Positions 10,016 through 19,850 of a stretch of 64,000 bases of DNA are shown in pieces. The notes under the pieces are model-generated. The model searched no databases. It worked only from the letters and a program-made list of their open reading frames with translations, and had not been told where the DNA came from. The stretch is from Vulcanimicrobiota bacterium (GTDB lineage Bacteria; Vulcanimicrobiota; Xenobia; Xenobiales; JADMJV01): positions 64,001-128,000 of the forward strand of contig JBFWNU010000008.1 in assembly GCA_050250895.1 (NCBI GenBank), given 5' to 3'. Made by a program: the position numbers and the translations under genes. Numbering within the stretch: position 1 is the stretch's first letter; each line of letters opens with the position of its first letter.

Positions 10016-12037
10016 CTAGCCGCAGCAATTCTTCGCCGGACGTTCGGTCCGCAGCCTCAGCGCGTTCAAGACCACCAGAAGGGTAGCCCCGGTATCGGAT
10101 AACACGGCCATCCAAAGGGTCAAACTGCCCTGTAAGACCAGCACCAGCGCGATCAGTTTCACGAAAATCGAGAAAATCACGTTCTGGCCGATGATTGCCA
10201 TGGTTCGAGTGGCCAGTTGCCGGATGTACACCAGTCTGCCGAGGTCGTCCTGCATCAGCGCCACCTGAGCGGTCTCGATGGCCACATCGGTGCCGATCAG
10301 ACCCATGGCCACTCCCACATCGGCCTGAGCCAGGGCCGGGGCGTCGTTGATGCCGTCGCCCACCATGGCGGTACTGCCCAGGCGTTGTTGCAGGTCGCGA
10401 ATATGTTCGAGTTTCTGGCCGGGCAGAAGATCGGCCCGCACCTCTTGCAACCCTACCTGATCGGCCACCCGGCGAGCCACTCCCTGGTGATCGCCAGTCA
10501 AAAGCACGACTTGCCGGATGCCCTGACGAGAAAGTTGGTGCAGAGCCCGTTTGGCTTCGCAGCGGACCGTGTCGGCCAGCCGGATGCGTCCTTCGACTCG
10601 GTCAGGCGTGCCCACCAGCACCAGGGTTTCGTCGCCGCTCTCGTGGGGGTCGTGGTCGAAGAAGCGGGGTTTTCCCACGCGCAGCCGCTGGCCGCCCACG
10701 AGAGCTTCGGCCCCCAGGCCCGGGTAGGCTTGAAAATCGTGCGCGACCGGTAACTCGAGGCCGTCAGCCCGGTGGCGGATGGCCCGGGCCACCGGATGTT
10801 CCGAGAAACTCTCGACAGCGGCGGCTCGCAGCAGAACCTCCTGCTCGGTCCACTGTCCGGTGGTCTCGACCGAGGTCACGGCCAGGCGGCCGTGAGTCAA
10901 CGTTCCGGTTTTGTCGAGGGCCAGTCCGCGCAGCTGGGCTACCAGTTCGAGGGCGGCCCCGCTTTTGACCAGTACGCCGTGGCGCGAGGCCTGTCCCAGA
11001 GCCGTGACCAGGGCCACCGGGGTGCTGATGACCAGAGCACACGGGCAGGCCAGGACCAGCAGGGTCAGGGCCCGATAGACCGCCTCTCCGTCGGTTGCAC
11101 CTTGCCAGTGAGTGTACACCCCCAGGGCGGTGGCGGCCACCAGGACCAGCGGAGTGTACACCGCCGCGAACCGATCGATAGCCCGTTGCAAGGGCGCTTT
11201 CCGGCTTTGGGCCTCTTCTACCAACGCGGTGATGCGAGCCAGCGTGCTGTCGGCCTGAGCCCGCTCGACCTCGATGAGCAGCCCGCCGGTTTGATTGACC
11301 GTGCCTCCGTAGAGACTGGAGCCGGGTCCGACTTCGACGGGGCGACTCTCGCCGGTGAGGCTCGACTGGTCGATGGTGCTCTGGCCGCTGACTACCACCG
11401 CATCGACGGGGATTCGCTCGCCGGGCAACACCTTGAGCCGGTCGCCCACCACGACTTGCTCGACAGGCACCAGCTGGTCATCGGGCCGCCGGGCCTGGGT
11501 GGGGTGAAGCTCGAGTAGTTCGCGGGTGGCTGTCTGGGTGCGGGCGCTGGCTTTCTTTTCAAGCCATTGGCTCAGGCAGTAGAGAAACATGATGGCAGAG
11601 GCTTCGGCCCAGTCGCCCAGGGCCACGGCTCCCAGGGTGGCCAGGCTGGTGAGGGCGTTCATGTCGAATCCGAAGCGGGCCAACGAGCGTCCTCCGGCGA
11701 GCAGGGTGGGGCCCCCTGCCAGCAGAGCCGAGACCAGATAAAGCGACGGTTGCTGAGCCAGCCAGGCGGCCAGGGCCAGTAGCAGGCTGAGCACCAGGGG
11801 GTAGGGTGTGGCCACTTTGATGGATTGGCCATCGCGCACTGGCTTCCAGCCGTAGCCCAGGGCTTCGATGGCTGCGGCGGCCACGTTGAAGTCGCCATCG
11901 TGGGTGATGGAGGCCTGGAAGTTGACGGGGTTGACTCGAACGCTATACACACCCTGGGTGTGGCCCAGGACCTTCTCGACCTGAGCCAGTTCGTTGGCGC
12001 AACACAATCCGTGCATTTGGATCTTGGTGGTGTTCAA
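10016..12037 (-). CDS. Heavy-metal-translocating P1B-type ATPase (ZntA/CadA-like)
   Basis: N-terminal HMA (GLCCANE), TGES, CPC, DKTGTLT, SEHP and GDGINDAP motifs; start codon uncertain (12016-12055). Confidence 0.93.
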   Translation of the reverse strand: MNTTKIQMHGLCCANELAQVEKVLGHTQGVYSVRVNPVNFQASITHDGDFNVAAAAIEALGYGWKPVRDGQSIKVATPYPLVLSLLLALAAWLAQQPSLYLVSALLAGGPTLLAGGRSLARFGFDMNALTSLATLGAVALGDWAEASAIMFLYCLSQWLEKKASARTQTATRELLELHPTQARRPDDQLVPVEQVVVGDRLKVLPGERIPVDAVVVSGQSTIDQSSLTGESRPVEVGPGSSLYGGTVNQTGGLLIEVERAQADSTLARITALVEEAQSRKAPLQRAIDRFAAVYTPLVLVAATALGVYTHWQGATDGEAVYRALTLLVLACPCALVISTPVALVTALGQASRHGVLVKSGAALELVAQLRGLALDKTGTLTHGRLAVTSVETTGQWTEQEVLLRAAAVESFSEHPVARAIRHRADGLELPVAHDFQAYPGLGAEALVGGQRLRVGKPRFFDHDPHESGDETLVLVGTPDRVEGRIRLADTVRCEAKRALHQLSRQGIRQVVLLTGDHQGVARRVADQVGLQEVRADLLPGQKLEHIRDLQQRLGSTAMVGDGINDAPALAQADVGVAMGLIGTDVAIETAQVALMQDDLGRLVYIRQLATRTMAIIGQNVIFSIFVKLIALVLVLQGSLTLWMAVLSDTGATLLVVLNALRLRTERPAKNCCG

Positions 12038-12106
12038 GTTCTTAGAAGGTAGCACAACTAAGGGCCGGGCTCAACAGGGAGGTCAGCTGTGGAGAGCGAA
12101 TATTCC

Positions 12107-12123
12107 ATTGAAGTCAATTCAAT
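12107..12123. promoter_or_regulatory. Candidate operator ATTGAA-N5-TTCAAT between the divergent metal ATPase and NlpC/P60 genes
   Basis: Perfect 6-bp inverted repeat in an AT-rich intergenic patch; overlaps TTGACT (-35-like) on the minus strand. Confidence 0.35.
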
Positions 12124-12150
12124 ACTTGAGCGCGAGGAAGGTTTTTTACC

Positions 12151-13050
12151 GTGAAGCGGATCGGTGCGCTAGCTCTGATGATGTTCTGCCTGACCATGGC
12201 CGCTCAGGCCGATTATACGGGCTACTACGATTACTATAAGGTCAAGCCGGGCGACACGGTCGCTTCCGTGGCCGCCAAACACGGGGTGGCCCCCAACGCC
12301 ATCGTGGCCATGAATCCGGCCCTGGCCAGCGGAGAGAAACAACTCTCGGACATGCATTTTCTGTGCGTTCCCAAGCAAGACCCGCCGGCCCCGGTGGCCA
12401 AGAAGAAGCGCAAGCCCGCTCCCAAGCCCGAGCCCGAAGAAGATGAAGATGACGAAGTGGCCGCCGAGCCAACCCGCGAGACGGTCACCGACGAAGAGCT
12501 AGAGTACCTGGCCGAAATGGCCACCAAGAAATCCGGTCACCAGCGCACGGCCCGGGTCAACCTGGGCCACGTCAACAAGGTGATCTCGAGCGATGGTCGG
12601 GTCACTATCATCCCCAGCGCCAGACCCAAGCTGGCCTCGTTGCCCAAGGCACATCGCAAAGTGCTGGCCTCGCGCCAGGGGCGGCGTATCCACGCCCTGC
12701 TCAAGTCGTGCCGCAGCTATATGGGCGTGCCTTACGTCTGGGGCGGCGAGAGCCCTGGCGGATTCGATTGCTCGGGCTACGTTCAGTATGTCTTTTCCAA
12801 GCACGGCGTGCGTTTGCCCCGCACCGCCGATATCCAGTTCAATGTAGGTGAACGCGTCAAAAGGGGTCAAGAACGGCCGGGCGACCTGGTTTTTTTCGAG
12901 ACTTACGCCCCCGGTGCTTCTCATGTCGGCGTGTATCTGGGCAACGACTACTTCATTCACGCCAGTTCTGCCCAGGGCGCCATCTCGGTCTCGAGCTTGA
13001 GGGAAGAGTTCTTCTCCGAACGCTACCTCGGGGCACGCCGTAACCTCTAG
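12151..13050 (+). CDS. LysM + NlpC/P60 peptidoglycan endopeptidase
   Basis: Signal peptide; YKVKPGDT LysM; [20 protein letters not shown] and HVGVY..FIHAS motifs. Confidence 0.92.
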   Translation: MKRIGALALMMFCLTMAAQADYTGYYDYYKVKPGDTVASVAAKHGVAPNAIVAMNPALASGEKQLSDMHFLCVPKQDPPAPVAKKKRKPAPKPEPEEDEDDEVAAEPTRETVTDEELEYLAEMATKKSGHQRTARVNLGHVNKVISSDGRVTIIPSARPKLASLPKAHRKVLASRQGRRIHALLKSCRSYMGVPYVWGGESPGGFDCSGYVQYVFSKHGVRLPRTADIQFNVGERVKRGQERPGDLVFFETYAPGASHVGVYLGNDYFIHASSAQGAISVSSLREEFFSERYLGARRNL

Positions 13051-13159
13051 CCGTAAGGGTATCCCTGGGGATACCCACAGAGAAATCCAAAGAAGCATTT
13101 GCGGCCGTCTCCTGGCTGGCATCATAGGATCAGAAAGTAATCGAAATGGAGCTGATCCT

Positions 13160-13333
13160 ATGTTGAACTGGGCACTTGCATTTTTTATCCTGGCCATCAT
13201 CGCGGCTATCTTCGGGTTCGGTGGAGTAGCCACCGCCTCGGCAGGCATCGCCAAGATGCTGTTCTTTGTCTTTCTGGTGCTGCTGGTGATCTCGTTTGCG
13301 GTGCGAGCGGTCCAGGGCCGCTCGGTCGTATAG
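13160..13333 (+). CDS. DUF1328/UPF0391 small membrane protein (57 aa, not in ORF track)
   Basis: Manual translation [57 protein letters not shown]; GGAG RBS. Confidence 0.9.
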   Translation: MLNWALAFFILAIIAAIFGFGGVATASAGIAKMLFFVFLVLLVISFAVRAVQGRSVV

Positions 13334-13363
13334 CACGCAGGGGATAGGCGCGGCGGTCGTGAA

Positions 13364-14605
13364 ATGGCCGCCGTGGCCGCAACTGTCAAGCGCAAGACGG
13401 GCGTCGCACTATTGGTGTTGGCGGCCGTTTTGTCTTTTCTGCCCTATCCCAGTTCGACGGAGGGACCTGGCCCAGAGCGAGTCTGGTTTACGAGTGATCC
13501 GCCGGGCGCCCAGGTGTGGTGGATCGCCGAGCAAAGCCAGCCCAGATTGCTCGGGGTGACTCCGATCGGAGCCGAGGCTAAGCCGGCGGCCGATGAGCGG
13601 GGTCAGTTGCGCATTACCCTGCCCGGCTATCAAATGATCGAAAAGCCTCTCAACAGCGTTCCCTCATCCTTAGCGCTCGAGCGCGCGGGACTGTTCAAGT
13701 ATCTTCGCGCCCGCCGTCCACTGCTCTTGGTTTCGCTGTTGTTGGTGGTAGTGGCTGGCTGGCTGTTCAAACCCGAGGGCGGCTCGGCTCAGACGGATGA
13801 GCCCGAGCAGTTGCTTCCGGGCGGACGGGTCGGACCGTATCGCCTGGGTGAGAAAGTGGGGGAGGGAGCCATGGCCGAGGTCTTCTCGGCCACGCCGCTG
13901 GCGGGCGGTCCGAAGGTGGCGGTGAAGGTGATCTTTGAAGAACTTTGTCGCGACCCGGAGTTCGTGCGCCGATTTCAACGCGAGGTCTCCATCTGCCAGG
14001 GGTTCGACCACGCCGGGTTGGTCACCGTCAGAGAATTCGGCCAGCTCGAGAACCGCTTCTGGCTGGCCATGGATTTCGTCGAGGGGCGCCAACTCGGCGA
14101 GTTGGTGGCCGCAGGCTTGCCGGCCGAGCGCATCCTCAAGCTGGGCAGGGCCCTGTGCCGAGCTCTAGCCGCGGCCCATCAAAAGGGAGTGGTGCACCGC
14201 GACCTCAAGAGCGACAACATCATCGTGAGCGACGATGATCTCCCCGTCATCACCGACTTTGGCCTGGCCCGCTCGGACCACTACGAGAAGATCACCAAGA
14301 CGGCCTCGACCCTGGGCACACCGGCCTATATGCCGCCAGAGCAGGTCTCGACCCCCAACTCGGGTCCTAGAGCTGATCTGTACTCACTGGGAGTGGTCCT
14401 CTACGAGATGTGCACCGGTGACGTGCCCTTTTCGGGCGACCCGATCCCGGTGATCATCAGCCACCTCAACGATCCTCCGCCCCCAATCGAGCGCCAGGAC
14501 CTGCCCGACGGGCTCAAGGCGGTGGTGATGCGCCTGCTCGAAAAAGAGCCGGACGACCGCTATGCCGATGCTCGTGAGGTCGAGGCAGCCCTGGCCGCGC
14601 TCTAG
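13364..14605 (+). CDS. Membrane Ser/Thr protein kinase with PEGA-like extracytoplasmic domain
   Basis: TM, SDPPGAQV..LGVTP (PEGA), TM, then Hanks kinase motifs GEGAMAEV, VAVK, HRDLKSDN, DFGLA, GTPAYMPPE. Confidence 0.92.
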   Translation: MAAVAATVKRKTGVALLVLAAVLSFLPYPSSTEGPGPERVWFTSDPPGAQVWWIAEQSQPRLLGVTPIGAEAKPAADERGQLRITLPGYQMIEKPLNSVPSSLALERAGLFKYLRARRPLLLVSLLLVVVAGWLFKPEGGSAQTDEPEQLLPGGRVGPYRLGEKVGEGAMAEVFSATPLAGGPKVAVKVIFEELCRDPEFVRRFQREVSICQGFDHAGLVTVREFGQLENRFWLAMDFVEGRQLGELVAAGLPAERILKLGRALCRALAAAHQKGVVHRDLKSDNIIVSDDDLPVITDFGLARSDHYEKITKTASTLGTPAYMPPEQVSTPNSGPRADLYSLGVVLYEMCTGDVPFSGDPIPVIISHLNDPPPPIERQDLPDGLKAVVMRLLEKEPDDRYADAREVEAALAAL

Positions 14606-15930
14606 AACTGCTCGAGCCACTGCTCAAAGAGCAGCCGTGGCTGCTCCGGGCCCTCGGCGCGTTGGGCCGGGTCCAACGACATCAAGCGGCTCACCATGGC
14701 CACCAGGCCGGGGGGCAAATCGGGTCGCAGTGCAGCCAGGTCGGCCGGCGATTGGGTCGCCTGAGCCGTCAGCATCTCGAGAGTGTTGCCTTCATAAGGC
14801 AGCCGCCCGCCCAGGCACTCGAACAGCATCACGCCCAGCGAGTAATAGTCGCAGCGCCAGTCGACGGGGGCCGACCCCAGCTGCTCGGGAGCCATATAAC
14901 CCACGGTGCCCAGGGCGTCACCGGCCTGGGTCAACCGCTGCTCATCCACCAGCAAGGCGATGCCGAAGTCCATCAATTTAACCCTGGAACCGTGCACCAT
15001 GACATTGGAGGGCTTGAGGTCGCGATGAACGATGCCGCGTCCGTGGGCATAGGCCAGGGCGTCGGCGAGCTGAATGGCCCACTCCAGCACCTGCCGTGGT
15101 TCGAGCGGCTGGCCGAGCAGGGCCGACATCGGCGTGCCCTCGACGTATTCGCTGACCAGATAGTGCTGGTTGACCACGGTGCCCCAATCGTAGAGCTTGA
15201 CGATGTTGGGATGGTCCAACTCGCGGTAAATGTTGATTTCGCGCCGGAACCGCTCGACGAACTCAGGGTTTTGGGAAAAGCGACGGGATAATAGCTTGAG
15301 TGCGGCCGGCACCGGGTCGCCGGGTTTTTTCACCAGGTAGACGCGCGCCATACCGCCCACGCCCAGGCCCCGCTCGACCACGTATCCGTCCAGGTTCGAG
15401 CCGATCTCGACCTGACCGGCTGCGACCTGGGCCAACTCTTTGGCCCGACCACGTTCGCCCTGCCAGCCCCGGTAACCCAGTCCGGCGCTCCCGGCCAGAC
15501 TCAGCCAGGCCAGCAGTAGCAGCGGATTGTGTCGGACCCAATAGAACGCGGGGGTGAGCACCGGTAGGCGCGGCTTGAGCGCCAGGGCCCCACGAGCCGG
15601 GTAGGTTGGCGAGGACGGGCTGAAGAAGTCGCGCGGAATCTCCTTTTCGAGGTCGTGATAACCGGCCAGCTTGAAGACGTAACGGTTGTCGAGGCCTTCT
15701 TTGGGGTTGAGCCTTAGTGGGCCAGGAGTCTTGCCGATGGGAACCAGGTGCAGGCCGGCCAGATCGATTCTCTGGACGAAGACTTCGGCCCCTGGGGGGC
15801 GGGTTCGGATATACCAGGCCCCGGGCTCGGGACGTTGGCCCAGCCACCAGGCCAGATGCATAGCGAAAAAAGCCGCGGCGAGGGCGCCCAGCCGAGACAT
15901 CGTGCGCAGGTGACCGGCTTGCTCTGACAT
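14602..15930 (-). CDS. Membrane Ser/Thr protein kinase with PEGA-like domain
   Basis: TRPPGAEVFV..IGKTP (PEGA), TM, GVGGMARV, HRDLKPSN, DFGIA, GTVGYMAPE; start trimmed to 15930 (or 15900) to avoid the divergent pilin gene. Confidence 0.9.
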   Translation of the reverse strand: MSEQAGHLRTMSRLGALAAAFFAMHLAWWLGQRPEPGAWYIRTRPPGAEVFVQRIDLAGLHLVPIGKTPGPLRLNPKEGLDNRYVFKLAGYHDLEKEIPRDFFSPSSPTYPARGALALKPRLPVLTPAFYWVRHNPLLLLAWLSLAGSAGLGYRGWQGERGRAKELAQVAAGQVEIGSNLDGYVVERGLGVGGMARVYLVKKPGDPVPAALKLLSRRFSQNPEFVERFRREINIYRELDHPNIVKLYDWGTVVNQHYLVSEYVEGTPMSALLGQPLEPRQVLEWAIQLADALAYAHGRGIVHRDLKPSNVMVHGSRVKLMDFGIALLVDEQRLTQAGDALGTVGYMAPEQLGSAPVDWRCDYYSLGVMLFECLGGRLPYEGNTLEMLTAQATQSPADLAALRPDLPPGLVAMVSRLMSLDPAQRAEGPEQPRLLFEQWLEQF

Positions 15931-16003
15931 AGCCACAGATTCTGCAGAACGTGGACTTTGGACCTTTTGCCTGCTAACATTACGGACGGAGGGTTGTATT
16001 TCT

Positions 16004-16399
16004 TTGCGGCGAGGCAGTCGGGGATTTTCACTGGGAGAGATCCTGGTTTCTTTGATTATCCTTTCGACCCTATCGGTCGTGTTGGTGGGCGTGATTCCCG
16101 CCACCGTGTCAGGCCTCAAGGACGCCGGCCGCCGCGCCGACGCGGCCGTGATCGCCGAGGGCACGCTAGAGTTGCTCAAGAGAGATGGCTTCGACTTGCT
16201 GCCCGAAGGCGCCCTCACCACCATCTCGCAGAACGGGACCAGCTATGATGTTTCAGTCGAGTTGGGTCAGGCCACCACTTCCGACGGAGCGCCCATCCCC
16301 GAGACGGTGGCCCGGGACGTGCGCGTGGTCGTGCAGTGGAAAGTAGGCTCAGGCATCAAGAAACACGTCACCCGGACGACTTTCTATGACTACATCTAG
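16004..16399 (+). CDS. Type IV pilin/pseudopilin-like protein (PilV-like)
   Basis: RG/FSLGEILV class III signal with E5 and a hydrophobic helix. Confidence 0.8.
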   Translation: MRRGSRGFSLGEILVSLIILSTLSVVLVGVIPATVSGLKDAGRRADAAVIAEGTLELLKRDGFDLLPEGALTTISQNGTSYDVSVELGQATTSDGAPIPETVARDVRVVVQWKVGSGIKKHVTRTTFYDYI

Positions 16400-17048
16400 G
16401 CGGGCCCCAGGCTTTACGCTCATCGAAATTCTGGTGGTGTGTTTCCTGAGCGTCATCGTGCTGCTCTTGATGATGCAGTTGATGCTGCCGTCAGTGCTGT
16501 TGTTCAAAACCGAATCCTCGCGCTCGGAGGCGCAACAGAGCGTCTTGATCCTGGTCCATCGCCTCGAGTCGCAACTGAACAACTCGCAGTTGGCCTCGGT
16601 CACGATCTTGCCTGATTACGGGGCCATCTCGTTTCAGCAACTGGTCGAGGCCGACCCGTTCGCCTCGGACACCGGTAAGCCCAAACAACAAGATTATTTC
16701 ACGATCTACTTCTACGACTCCACGGCCCAGACGGTCTATCAGAGGAGGTGGCCGCCCGGGCCTCCCAATCTCGGCAGCACTTACGATTTCAGCGACGCCA
16801 CCAAGCCCCAGCGGCTGACCCAGGCTCATCTCGAACAGATCTGCCTGACCCGGACCGGCGAGGAGCGGGTGGTGGGGCGTAACATCTCCACCTGGGAGGT
16901 TGACGACGATGATAACTCTCCCTTCAATCTTAATCCGCCCTTGAGGCTTACCTTGACCTGTTCGGTCGAGGCCTCGGGACAGGGACGCGATCGAGTTGAG
17001 GAGTTTACGATGACGAGTCGAATAACCCCAAGGAACGTAGTATGGTGA
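16386..17048 (+). CDS. Type IV pilin/pseudopilin-like protein (PilW-like)
   Basis: PG/FTLIEILV prepilin motif; overlaps both neighbours. Confidence 0.82.
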   Translation: MTTSRRAPGFTLIEILVVCFLSVIVLLLMMQLMLPSVLLFKTESSRSEAQQSVLILVHRLESQLNNSQLASVTILPDYGAISFQQLVEADPFASDTGKPKQQDYFTIYFYDSTAQTVYQRRWPPGPPNLGSTYDFSDATKPQRLTQAHLEQICLTRTGEERVVGRNISTWEVDDDDNSPFNLNPPLRLTLTCSVEASGQGRDRVEEFTMTSRITPRNVVW

Positions 17049-18928
17049 GAAGACGCGGCTTATCGCTGGCGATGGTCCTGGCCATCGTGACCATTATGAT
17101 GCTGGTGGCGGCGGCCATGACGGCCCTGTTCACCATGAATCTGAATCTAACTCAGGGGTACTATAACGGCACTATCGCGCTCAAAGAGGCGGAAGCCGGT
17201 ATCAATGAACTGATGTATCGGCTCTCTGAAGACGCCAACTATGGCCGAGCCGGTCAAGAGATTCGGGGCACCACCAACCCCGATTTCGACCCCCGCGAGT
17301 GCTATCATGTCATCACCTTTTCGGGTAGCGGGGGCTTTGCCCGCTCGACCAACAACACGGCCGGCGACAGTCCTTCTGGCGCTCTGGGACGCACCGTTCC
17401 CACCGGCCATATCCACGTGGTCTCCACCGGCTTCTGCCGCGGGGTCTATCGCACTGTCGAGGCCGTCATCGCCAAGCCTCCCAATCCCTTCGGGATCGCC
17501 ACCAGCGGCAAAATCCACTCGCGTGACCCCTTGACGGTCTTAGGTATCGAGGACCCCTCGCGCATCGGCGCGGAGGAGCGGCCGGGTCATATCGTCTGCA
17601 ACTCGGCCGAAGGGGTCGTGATCGAGCAGGGCCCAGACGACGCTCGCCACACTCAGGTGTCCGGGTTCATCAAAACGGTGGGCAACATCAGTCTCGACCC
17701 CAACGCCGAAGTGGTGGGGGGGCTGCGTCCGAACTCTTCACCGACGCAACTGCTCGACATCGATCTCAGCAAGTTCAATACCCAGGGCAAGTCCGGCACG
17801 GCCAACATCATCGATGCCAGCTTCAACAGCCCTCAGGTGCTCGATATTCTCTACTACGCGGGCGCGGATCTGACCTATAACTCGAGTGTCCGGCTCAACA
17901 ACGGCGTGCTCTATTGCGCCAAGGACCTGGTCATCAACGGCTCGGTGTCGGGAGTCGGAGCCATCGTCGCCCGGGGCAAAATCGAGATCAACAACGGAGT
18001 CGCCCTCTCGGGTATCGATGGCAGCCAGGTCGCTTTGCTGGCCGATGGCCCCATCGTCTTGCGAGGGGGCGGCAACTACTTTCGCGGACTGGTCTACAGT
18101 CGCAGCAACATCGACGCCCGCAACATCGTAGTGCTGGGCGGCATGGTGGTCAACAACCCCGACCCCGCCGGCGGGGCGGCTGAACTCGAGAACGTGACCA
18201 TCTATAACGACGAGTCGGTGGGCGAGATCAAGTTTACGGTTGTGAGCAGCAGCCAGGTCACCACTGCCAGCGAGTATACCCAGCCCAACGGAAGCGGCCT
18301 CGGGCTGGCAGCGGTCGATGGCACCGGAACCGAATTTGGCGGGGTGGGTAACGTGGACCCCAACGGGGCGACCTGGGCGTTCGGCACCAGTCCCGAAGAA
18401 ATCCAAAAACTCAGTTTTTATCTGACCAATTCCGTGACAGCCAGTTATGGCTTGGGCAATACTCCTCTGGCCAGCCTGGACCCTAGTCAGATACCCAGTG
18501 ACGCGGGCGGCCTGGTCGATATGTTGACCGGAATGAATACAAACCTGCTCGATGTTGAGGCGGCCAAAGCCGAGATCGAGACGCTGGAAAGCGAGATCAG
18601 CAATCTGCAGTCACAGCTCAGTAGCGATCCTGATGCGGACAACTCCGGCATCGAGTCTCAGATCGCCGCCAAAGAAGCCGAGAAGACCGCTCAAGAAGCC
18701 CTACGCGACCAGGCCATGGCGGACTATGAGGCGGCCGTAGCCGCGTTCGTCCAAGCCTACACCGATTTTGCCCAAAAGCACCCGGCTGCTAACGGTTCCT
18801 ACCATCAGGGGGGGACCGGGCGTCTGCTCGACGTGACCGTGAACTACGAGTTCAACTTCAACGAATACCTACCCGAGAGCGACACCCTCAAGATCACCGC
18901 CTGGCACCAGATCAACGGCCGACCCTGA
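17042..18928 (+). CDS. Large PilX-like pilin-associated protein
   Basis: RRG/LSLAMVL (no E5) and ALKEAEAGI PilX-type N-terminus; beta-rich G/N/V repeats; C-terminal coiled coil. Confidence 0.7.
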   Translation: MVRRRGLSLAMVLAIVTIMMLVAAAMTALFTMNLNLTQGYYNGTIALKEAEAGINELMYRLSEDANYGRAGQEIRGTTNPDFDPRECYHVITFSGSGGFARSTNNTAGDSPSGALGRTVPTGHIHVVSTGFCRGVYRTVEAVIAKPPNPFGIATSGKIHSRDPLTVLGIEDPSRIGAEERPGHIVCNSAEGVVIEQGPDDARHTQVSGFIKTVGNISLDPNAEVVGGLRPNSSPTQLLDIDLSKFNTQGKSGTANIIDASFNSPQVLDILYYAGADLTYNSSVRLNNGVLYCAKDLVINGSVSGVGAIVARGKIEINNGVALSGIDGSQVALLADGPIVLRGGGNYFRGLVYSRSNIDARNIVVLGGMVVNNPDPAGGAAELENVTIYNDESVGEIKFTVVSSSQVTTASEYTQPNGSGLGLAAVDGTGTEFGGVGNVDPNGATWAFGTSPEEIQKLSFYLTNSVTASYGLGNTPLASLDPSQIPSDAGGLVDMLTGMNTNLLDVEAAKAEIETLESEISNLQSQLSSDPDADNSGIESQIAAKEAEKTAQEALRDQAMADYEAAVAAFVQAYTDFAQKHPAANGSYHQGGTGRLLDVTVNYEFNFNEYLPESDTLKITAWHQINGRP

Positions 18929-18949
18929 GGCGGGGGGGCGCAAACTGGT

Positions 18950-19765
18950 ATTTTAACGCGGAGTTCAGCGGAGGACGCAAAGGTCGCGGAGGGGTTGCAG
19001 GGTTTGGGGGAGGTAGGCTCTCTAAGCGATCTTTCTTGGTTGAGGCCGATGCGGTTGGAAGGTCGTTCCACCGCAGTTCAAGACGTCGCCGGCCGCCAGC
19101 CAGGCGGTGTCGGTTTTGGCACGTGGTGGTGCCGTCCTCGGGCGAGGTTGCTCTTCCGTGCAGAAGTCGGCTTGCCCGCGACCGTGGTCGAGCCACCCAG
19201 GCTGCCGGCGGCGGTACGGCGCCAGGTGGTGCCGGATTCGGCACGTGGTAGCGCCGTACTGTTGCTGTTCCGTGCGGAAGTCGGCTTGCCCCGCGACCGT
19301 GGCCGAGCTACCGGTCGGCGGCGGTACGGCGCCAGGTGGTGCCGGATTCGGCACGTGGTAGCGCCGTACTGTTGCTGTTCCGTGCGGAAGTCGGCCGGCC
19401 CCGCGACCGTGGTCGAGCACCCAGGCTGACGGCGGCGGTAACGGCACCAGGTGGTCGCCAGGACGCTCACCCCACGCCCCCCACAACCCTCTCCGTGCCC
19501 TCCTGATCTCCGCGGTTTATTCCCAGGCACCCCACTGGCGAGCCCACCGACCTGTGCTTGTGCTTCGACCAGGCGCCGGGCCTGTTCCGTGCGGAAGTCG
19601 GCTTGACCCGCGACCGTGGTCGAGCTACCGGTCGGCGGCGGTACGGCACCAGGTGGTCGCCAGGACGCTCACCCCCACAGCCGTCTCCGTGCCCTCTTGA
19701 TCTCCGCGGTTTATCTCCCAGGCACCCCCCTGGCGAGCCACAGCCCTCTGCGCCTTTGCGAATCC
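18950..19765. repeat. Intergenic multi-hairpin repeat array (REP/BIME/MITE-like)
   Basis: About 110-bp unit at 19147, 19261, 19371 and 19582 (plus a degenerate partial at about 19101); second unit of about 85 bp at about 19456 and 19657; imperfect inverted ends. Confidence 0.85.
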
Positions 19766-19784
19766 ACGGGCGACCGCAGGCCCT

Positions 19785-19817
19785 AAAAGTAAAAAGCCCC
19801 GTGATTGAGACGGAGCC
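19785..19817 (-). terminator. Intrinsic terminator downstream of small ORF
   Basis: Minus strand reads GGCTCCGT-ctcaatc-ACGGGGCT followed by TTTTACTTTT. Confidence 0.65.
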
Positions 19818-19850
19818 AGACTGGTTGGACGACCAGTTATATATGAAAGA

